Below, piece by piece: positions 57,662 through 64,000 of a stretch of DNA of 64,000 nucleotides (its first letter is position 1; each line of letters begins with the position of its first letter). The position numbers were made by a program, and so were the translations under genes. Below the pieces are notes generated by a model. It saw only the letters and a list, made by a program, of their open reading frames with translations, was not told the origin of the DNA and did no database searches. The stretch comes from Chloroflexota bacterium (GTDB lineage Bacteria > Chloroflexota > Dehalococcoidia > Lucifugimonadales > UBA3495): NCBI GenBank assembly GCA_027623675.1, contig JAQBVF010000014.1, positions 1 to 64,000 of the forward strand, read 5' to 3'.

Positions 57662-57687
57662 GGTTAGTCGCGGATCACTTTCGCCGG

Positions 57688-58755
57688 TTACTTACGGGCT
57701 TTGCTCAACTGCACGGCCCCGTCTTCCCGCAGGATCACTATGTCCTCTATACGGATGCCGCCCCAACCGGACAGGTAGATTCCAGGCTCGACGGTGAACA
57801 CGGTGTTCAAGCCAAGCACATCGGGCGAACGGGGGCTAACCCTGGGGTTTTCGTGGATCTCCAGGCCAACACCGTGGCCCAAACTGTGGCCGAAGTTGTC
57901 GCCGTAGCCGGCCTCGGCAATCACATTCCGGGAAAGGCTATCGGCCTCTTCGCCGGTCATGCCAACCTTCACGGTGTTGATGGCCGTTAGCTGAGCGCCC
58001 AGAACTATGTCGTAGATCTTCTTGAACGTCTCGTCAGCCTCGCCCACCGCGATGGACCGAGAGAGGTCGGAGCAGTAGCCGCCCACTTTAGCGCCCATGT
58101 CGATGACGATGGGGTCGCCGTGCTTGATAACGTAATCGGAGGGCTGATGATGGGCCATAGCGCCGTTGGGTCCGGCGGCAACGATGGTGTCGAAGCTTAT
58201 CATGTCGGCGCCGGCGCCGCGCATGGCCATCTCCATCTTCCAGGCAACCTCCCGTTCGGTCATGCCCGGAGTGATCGCAGGGCAGACCTGGTCCATGGCC
58301 GTATCGGCGGCGTCGATGGCCAGTTGCAGCAGGGCCAGCTCCTCGGCGTCCTTGATGATGCGCTGGTTCTCGGACAATCCCGGCGCCGGAATCAAGGACA
58401 CATCGCCCAAGGACGAGTCGCCCTTGATCGCGTCGATCAGGCTGTTGTACAAGGAAACGCTCATGTCTTGGCTTTCAAACCCGACTTTCTTGACGCCGGA
58501 CGACTTCATCTCTTCGATCAGCCAGTCCCAGCCGCCGCGCACCTGCCTAACGTCGAAATCGGGCGACTGGTTGGTGGCCTGCTCGGTGTACCGGGAATCG
58601 GTGACCAAGATGGCGTTAGCCTTGGTGATGAACAGGTAGCCAGCCGAACCGCTAAACCCAGACAGGTAACGGCGGTTCTCCGGGGCAGATATCAAAACTC
58701 CGTCCAACTCCCGGTCCGGGAACTGGGCTACCAGGCCTTCAACTCTCTCTTTCAT
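57688..58755 (-). CDS. Xaa-Pro aminopeptidase (M24 family)
   Basis: YLSGFSGS, DSRY, GYCSD, HSLGHGVGLEIHE, VEPGIY, GIRIED. Confidence 0.93.
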   Translation of the reverse strand: MKERVEGLVAQFPDRELDGVLISAPENRRYLSGFSGSAGYLFITKANAILVTDSRYTEQATNQSPDFDVRQVRGGWDWLIEEMKSSGVKKVGFESQDMSVSLYNSLIDAIKGDSSLGDVSLIPAPGLSENQRIIKDAEELALLQLAIDAADTAMDQVCPAITPGMTEREVAWKMEMAMRGAGADMISFDTIVAAGPNGAMAHHQPSDYVIKHGDPIVIDMGAKVGGYCSDLSRSIAVGEADETFKKIYDIVLGAQLTAINTVKVGMTGEEADSLSRNVIAEAGYGDNFGHSLGHGVGLEIHENPRVSPRSPDVLGLNTVFTVEPGIYLSGWGGIRIEDIVILREDGAVQLSKARK

Positions 58756-58810
58756 TGGACTTCCCCTTCCAGATAAGCGTCTAAGATTCTTGCGGGTTCG
58801 AAGTCGATGC

Positions 58811-59254
58811 TTACGACTCCTCCTCAACTAGCGAGGCCAATAGCTGCAGGGCCGAGGTGTAGCTTCTCCAGCCGAAACCGGCCACCTGACCCCGGGCGAT
58901 GTCGGATATCACCGAGACCCGGCGCCAAGGTTCCCTGGCCCACGGGTTGCCGAGATGCACTTCAACCACCGGCAGACGGCAGTCGATGAGAGCGTCTTTC
59001 AAACTCAGCCCATAGTGGGTCAGAGCGCCTGGATTCAGCACGATCCCCTGGACCTTGCCCCAATTATCCTGGATGCAGGTGACGAGGTCACCCTCCAAGT
59101 TTGACTGGTAGAAGATTACCTCAACTCCCAGTTCGTTGGCCACACGGCTGATCTCATGGTTGACTTCGTCCAGTGTCTTGGAGCCGTAGATCGATGCGTC
59201 GCGGTGCCCCAGCATGTTGATGTTGGGACCGTTCAGGATCAAGAAACTGGCCAT
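58811..59254 (-). CDS. aroQ: Type II 3-dehydroquinate dehydratase
   Basis: LNGPNINMLG, QSNLEG, NPGALTH, EVHLGN..ARE. Confidence 0.93.
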   Translation of the reverse strand: MASFLILNGPNINMLGHRDASIYGSKTLDEVNHEISRVANELGVEVIFYQSNLEGDLVTCIQDNWGKVQGIVLNPGALTHYGLSLKDALIDCRLPVVEVHLGNPWAREPWRRVSVISDIARGQVAGFGWRSYTSALQLLASLVEEES

Positions 59255-59257
59255 GCT

Positions 59258-60307
59258 TTAGGCGTCCTTTCCGGCGGTCATAGATTCCTCTTCAGGGGTT
59301 TCATCGGGGATATCACCCGGCGTTGAAGCTTCTCTAGGCGCCCGGCCAGCGGGTTCATCCGCCCTGGGATGATGGTCCAAGTAGGCCGTCAGCGCTTCCT
59401 GTTTGGTTACATGAGTATATACCTGGGTGGTCGTGGGGCTGGAATGCCCAAGCAACTCCTGGATCACCCTAAGATCGGCACCGCCCTCCAGCATATGGGT
59501 GGCAAAGGTGTGCCTAAGGGTATGGGGATGGACATCCGACCGGGTGCCGGCCTGGGCCGAATACCGGCGCACCAGTTTCTCGTAGCTGCGGCGGGACAGC
59601 CGGCCGCCGTAGCGGTTCAAGAATAACGCATCGGTTGGATCGGACATCAATTGGCGGCGGGCTTCATTTATATATCGGTGCAGAGCGTCTTCGGTGGGAC
59701 CGCCGAACAGCACCAGCCGCTCTTTGGAGCCCTTGCCACGAACAAGTATCTCCCGCCTGGAGAAACGGATATCCGCCAGGTCCATGCCGTGTATCTCCGC
59801 CAATCTGACGCCACAGGCATAAAGGGTTTCCAGGATGGCCTTGTCGCGGATGCCGTGGACGGTTGATTCGTCGGGCGCGTCCATCAGCCGCACCACCTCT
59901 CGCTGGCCCAGGAAGTCGGGCAGCGGTTTGGCGACCTTGAGCTTGAAGCTGCGGCCGGAAGGCACCGGGGTGGACCGGAACAGGCCTTCTTGCACCAAGA
60001 ACTTGTAGAACGTCCTCAGCACCGTCAGCTTCCGGGCGATGCTGACTCTGGCGAAACCTTTAACGCCGTCGCGGCCCTCAGTGGCCAGCCACGCCAGGTA
60101 GCCACGCAGAATCTGGCGGTCCATGTCGGCCAGGTGCAGGTGTTCGATGGCCATGTATCGACGGAACGACTGCAGATCGGCAACGTAGACCCGCTCGGTG
60201 TTCTCCGACAACCCCCGCTGGCCGCGCAGGTAGCGGGGGAATTCCGCAACGTACTGGTCGAACTGAACGAGCCCATCCTGACCAGGGTCGCCGGCGCTAG
60301 TCGCCAA
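59258..60307 (-). CDS. xerC: Tyrosine recombinase XerC (TTG start overlapping the topA stop, uncertain)
   Basis: GVRLAE, GKGSKER, HPHTLRHTFATH, LLGH, TTQVYTHV; topA-xerC synteny. Confidence 0.9.
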   Translation of the reverse strand: MATSAGDPGQDGLVQFDQYVAEFPRYLRGQRGLSENTERVYVADLQSFRRYMAIEHLHLADMDRQILRGYLAWLATEGRDGVKGFARVSIARKLTVLRTFYKFLVQEGLFRSTPVPSGRSFKLKVAKPLPDFLGQREVVRLMDAPDESTVHGIRDKAILETLYACGVRLAEIHGMDLADIRFSRREILVRGKGSKERLVLFGGPTEDALHRYINEARRQLMSDPTDALFLNRYGGRLSRRSYEKLVRRYSAQAGTRSDVHPHTLRHTFATHMLEGGADLRVIQELLGHSSPTTTQVYTHVTKQEALTAYLDHHPRADEPAGRAPREASTPGDIPDETPEEESMTAGKDA

Positions 60308-62708
60308 CCGTGGCCAGCTCTTCCGCGTTGCCCGGGTCCACGCCGTCCGACTCACCGCCAGGCGGGTTATCGAGGATCGCCTCCTCCCAAGAACAGGAAG
60401 TGCAAGCGGCATTGTTCCGGTTCTTCTGGACCATCAACCCGCCGCACTCGGGACACGGGGTGAGCAGCGGGGCCTGGTTCAACAGCAGGTCGCATTCCGG
60501 GTAATTGGAGCAACCGAAGAACGAGCGGCCCCGGCCCCTGGCCTTTCGCTCCACTATGTCGCCGCCGCAGTTGGGCTTGGGACAAGTGACTCCGGTCCTC
60601 TTCAGGACGGGTTTGGTGTTCCGGCAGTCCGGAAAGCCGGTGCAGGCCATGAAGCGCCCAAACCGCCCAGTCTTGATGACCAGAGGTTTGCCGCAAAGGT
60701 CGGTATGCTCGCACTTTTCACTGCCCGAGCAGTCGCAGACCTCGTCGGTCTCCTCTTCCATGCGAATCTTGGGCATCAACTCGTCGGCGTTGGCCAGGGC
60801 GGCCTGGAACGGCTCGTAGAACTCGCCCAACATGGGCACCCAATCTCTTTCGCCCCTGGAGACATCGTCGAGTTCTTCTTCCATCCTGGCGGTGAAATCC
60901 GGGTCCATCACGGTCTCGAAATACTCCGTGAGCAGGTCGGTCACGGTGATGCCCAGTTTCGTGGGAGTAAGCCGGTTGCGCTCCCGTTCCACGTACATCC
61001 GGTCGACCAAGGTACCGATGGTCGGGGCATAGGTGCTGGGACGGCCGATGCCCTTTTCTTCCATGGTCTTGATCAGTGTGGCTTCCGTGTACCGGGGCGG
61101 CGGCTCGGTGAAGTGCTGATTGGCCTCCAACTTGGAGCAATCAAGCACGTCGCCTTCGGACAGTGGCGGCAGCGCGTTCTTATCGTCGGGCTCGTTGCTG
61201 TCGTCACGTCCTTCCAGGTACACGGTGCGGAAACCGGCGAACCTGAGGACCGAACCGCTGGCCCGGAAGTTATAGGTGACGCCAGGGGCGTTTTCTGAGC
61301 CTTTGCCAACGGCGTCGATGTTCAGCGTTGTCGCTTCCGACCTGGCGTCCTCCATCTGGCTGGCCAGCATTCGCGACCAGATCAGGGTATAAAGATTCAG
61401 CTGATCGCTGGACAGGTAGTCTTTGAGCGACGCCGGGTCCCGTTTGATGGACGTGGGACGGACGGCCTCGTGGGCCTCCTGCGCGCCCTTGGCGGACCTG
61501 GTGTAGTTCCTGGCCTTGGCCGGCAGATGGTCTTTGCCGTAGCGTTCTTGGATGTACTCCCGTACCTCGGCCAACGCCGTATCCGCCACCTGAGTCGAGT
61601 CGGTACGCATGTAGGTGATCAGGCCGACCTGACCGCCGGCGCCAACGTTCAGGCCCTCGTACAGTTGTTGGGCCACGGCCATGGTGCGTTGGGCGGTATA
61701 CCGCAGCTTGCGGCCCGCTTCCTGCTGCATGGTGCTGGTGATGAACGGAGGGGAAGGCCGCTGCCGGACATCCCGTTTGCGGACCTCCGCGACTTTGTAC
61801 TCGGCTTCCTTAAGCTCAGATTCGTAGCGCCGGGCATCTTCCTCGTTGGGGATGTTGATGCGGGCCCGTTCGCCCTTGACCGAGTGCAACGCGGCCGAGA
61901 ATTGGTTCTTCTCTATCGCATCTTCGCCGGCTTTGCGCAGGATGTTGTCGATGGTCCACGACTCGACGGGCACGAACGCCTCGATCTCGCGTTCCCGGTC
62001 GACAACCATCCGCAGGCACACTGACTGCACCCGCCCGGCTGAAGTGCCACGCTGAACACGGCGCCAGAGCAGGGGGCTTATCTGGTAGCCCACCAGACGG
62101 TCCAAGATACGCCGTGCCTGCTGGGCATTGACCAACTGCATGTCGATCTCGCGGGGGTTTTTGAACGCTTCTTCAACCGCTTCTTTGGTGATCTCATGGA
62201 ACACAACCCGCTTGGGCGGCTTGGCCAGGTCTTTCCATTCAGCGGCGGACTGAAGGTGCCATGAGATGGCTTCACCCTCGCGGTCCGGGTCAGTCGCCAG
62301 GAATATCTCATCGGCGTCGTTGCCGGCTTTCTTAATCTGGGTGAGCAACGACCGTTTGTCTTTCATGATGACGTAGGACGGCTCGAAGTTCTGCTCCACA
62401 TCCACGCCTATCTTGCTCTTGGGCAGGTCGCGCACGTGCCCTTGGGAGGCGGTCACGACATATTTGCGGCCGAGTATCTGACCGACGGTCCTGGCTTTGG
62501 CCGGAGACTCGACGATCACCAGGCTCTTGCCGGCAGAACTGGGCAGCTTGACGGCGGACGACTTGGATCTTGTCGTCTTGGCTTTGGCCGCCTTGCCCTT
62601 CGCGGCGGTCTTCTTGGCCGTAGTTTTAGCAGCGGTCGTTTTGGCGGCCGCTGATTTAGTCGTGGCTTTCTTGGCGGCGCCGGCTTTACCGGCTTTATTA
62701 GTAGTCAT
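60297..62708 (-). CDS. topA: DNA topoisomerase I with Lys/Ala-rich N-terminal extension
   Basis: IVESPAKA, ATDPDREGE, SAGRVQS, ITYMRTDS, GIGRPSTY, C-terminal Zn ribbons. Confidence 0.98.
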   Translation of the reverse strand: MTTNKAGKAGAAKKATTKSAAAKTTAAKTTAKKTAAKGKAAKAKTTRSKSSAVKLPSSAGKSLVIVESPAKARTVGQILGRKYVVTASQGHVRDLPKSKIGVDVEQNFEPSYVIMKDKRSLLTQIKKAGNDADEIFLATDPDREGEAISWHLQSAAEWKDLAKPPKRVVFHEITKEAVEEAFKNPREIDMQLVNAQQARRILDRLVGYQISPLLWRRVQRGTSAGRVQSVCLRMVVDREREIEAFVPVESWTIDNILRKAGEDAIEKNQFSAALHSVKGERARINIPNEEDARRYESELKEAEYKVAEVRKRDVRQRPSPPFITSTMQQEAGRKLRYTAQRTMAVAQQLYEGLNVGAGGQVGLITYMRTDSTQVADTALAEVREYIQERYGKDHLPAKARNYTRSAKGAQEAHEAVRPTSIKRDPASLKDYLSSDQLNLYTLIWSRMLASQMEDARSEATTLNIDAVGKGSENAPGVTYNFRASGSVLRFAGFRTVYLEGRDDSNEPDDKNALPPLSEGDVLDCSKLEANQHFTEPPPRYTEATLIKTMEEKGIGRPSTYAPTIGTLVDRMYVERERNRLTPTKLGITVTDLLTEYFETVMDPDFTARMEEELDDVSRGERDWVPMLGEFYEPFQAALANADELMPKIRMEEETDEVCDCSGSEKCEHTDLCGKPLVIKTGRFGRFMACTGFPDCRNTKPVLKRTGVTCPKPNCGGDIVERKARGRGRSFFGCSNYPECDLLLNQAPLLTPCPECGGLMVQKNRNNAACTSCSWEEAILDNPPGGESDGVDPGNAEELATVGD

Positions 62709-63882
62709 ATACCGCCGCGGCCTCTCGTACTCTGATGTAGTGCATGCAACCGACTTGTTTAACCTTTCCTTTCAACTCTAACATTGTGAGTGTACCGCTA
62801 ACCGCGGTCACGGGCAGCCCGGCGCTCCGCGTAATCTCGTCGATATGAAGCGGAGATTCGGACAATCTGCTGAGCAGCGCCTGTTCCTCGGGCTCGTCGT
62901 CGTCCGCTTCCACAAAGCGTAATTGCTCAGTAGGCTCGGCCCGTTTGCCCTGCTCGATGTGCGCCACCAGGGTTATGTTCAACTCTTCCAAGATATCGGT
63001 CAACCCGGTGACCGGTTTCGCGCCTTCCTTTATCATCCGGTTGGTGAACGCGCTGGCAGGGGAGAAGATGCTACCCGGCACGCAGAACACTTCCCGGTTC
63101 TGTTCCAAAGCATGATATACCGTGTGGCGTGCGCCGCTCCCTTCCGCAGCCTCAACCACCACGGAACCCAACGACAGGCCGCTGATGAGACGGTTGCGCC
63201 TCGGAAAGCTCCGCGAGTCGGGCTTAACGCCCAGTGGCTGCTCGCTGACCACCGCTCCGCTTTCCTGCACCTGTCTGAACAAGCCGGCGTGGTCCTTGGG
63301 ATATACCCCGTCTAAACCACCAGCCATTACGGCGACTGTCCGCCCTCCGTTCTCCAACGCGGTCCGGTGCGCCACGCCATCGATGCCCAGGGCCAGCCCG
63401 CTCACAACCGTCAGGCCCAGTTCAGCCAGACCCCGGCTAATCATCGCGGCGGCTTCCCGGCCGTAGGTGGTTGGACTCCGGGTACCCACGATGGCTACCG
63501 ACCGTTCGTCTGCGGGCAGCAAGGTCCCCTTATAATATAAAACAGCCGGAGGATCGGCGATCTCTTTCAGCCGTGACGGATAGGTCGGGTGATTCCAGGT
63601 TACAGCGATAACCGCCGCACGTTCAAGGGCGGCCATCTCATCGTCGGGTGAAGAATTGTTCCTGGCGGCCACAACCTCTGCCGCCGGACGGTCTTCTAAT
63701 CCCGCTGCTTTCAGTTCATTGAAGCTGGCACGCCAGGCGTTCTCCAAGCGGCCAAAGTAGGACTCCAAACGGCGGAACCGGACCGTGCCCAACTGCGGTA
63801 CTCTGCTAAGAGCCACCCAGAACTTGGCGTCATCCGAACCGGTTTCCCGCAGCGCAATCATCTGCGATTCTGTCTTATCCAT
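62698..63882 (-). CDS. dprA: DNA-processing protein DprA (start uncertain, up to 63990)
   Basis: AIVGTR, VSGLALGIDG, FPRRNRLISG, VVVEA, PGSI, C-terminal winged helix. Confidence 0.96.
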   Translation of the reverse strand: MDKTESQMIALRETGSDDAKFWVALSRVPQLGTVRFRRLESYFGRLENAWRASFNELKAAGLEDRPAAEVVAARNNSSPDDEMAALERAAVIAVTWNHPTYPSRLKEIADPPAVLYYKGTLLPADERSVAIVGTRSPTTYGREAAAMISRGLAELGLTVVSGLALGIDGVAHRTALENGGRTVAVMAGGLDGVYPKDHAGLFRQVQESGAVVSEQPLGVKPDSRSFPRRNRLISGLSLGSVVVEAAEGSGARHTVYHALEQNREVFCVPGSIFSPASAFTNRMIKEGAKPVTGLTDILEELNITLVAHIEQGKRAEPTEQLRFVEADDDEPEEQALLSRLSESPLHIDEITRSAGLPVTAVSGTLTMLELKGKVKQVGCMHYIRVREAAAVYDY

Positions 63883-64000
63883 AACCTCGTCAACCGTGGT
63901 AGACGTGTGGAGCGTATCCGGCATATTCGCGATTCTAGCATACGCCAAAATCGTCAAACAACGGCCAACCGTCTGCAACAACGCCCACATTCGGCACCGG

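Noticed and set aside
59258..60307. Prophage or integrative-element integrase
   Set aside because: It sits in the conserved dprA-topA-xerC housekeeping context, with no phage genes or att repeats

Overview
GC-rich bacterial chromosome segment. Gene content and order (rsmH-ftsA-ftsZ-nrdR-nrdJ with no mur/pbp genes, Dehalococcoidia-style PurN, an orphan molybdo-hydroxylase, ComD/E-like genes, SDR and MFS genes) suggest Chloroflexota/Dehalococcoidia, possibly SAR202-like. That placement is inference. The window opens on the last 82 bp of an ISAs1-family insertion sequence. The left half (0.2-31 kb) is rich in metal-homeostasis genes: two Fur-led Zn/Mn ABC operons (the second with an embedded 1273-aa fused His-rich ABC transporter), a CDF exporter, an Fe(III) ABC system and a DtxR-family regulator. 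These are interleaved with gatC-gatA, asnS, TPP-decarboxylase subunits and a degenerate DNA-methyltransferase homologue. The right half is core housekeeping (pepA, proC, pdxA, nrdJ, nrdR, ftsZ, ftsA, rsmH, tig, clpP, clpX, purN-like, xseAB, efp, aroQ, xerC, topA, dprA). I saw no tRNA, rRNA or CRISPR array. Best leads: the fused ABC transporter inside a Fur metal-uptake operon, an unannotated structured RNA candidate after nrdJ, a small-protein transcription unit divergent from an HxlR regulator, a pseudo-methyltransferase, an EF-P with a KMQQR loop, and a three-copy Fur/Zur-type operator. All product calls come from motif recognition by eye; no database search was run.
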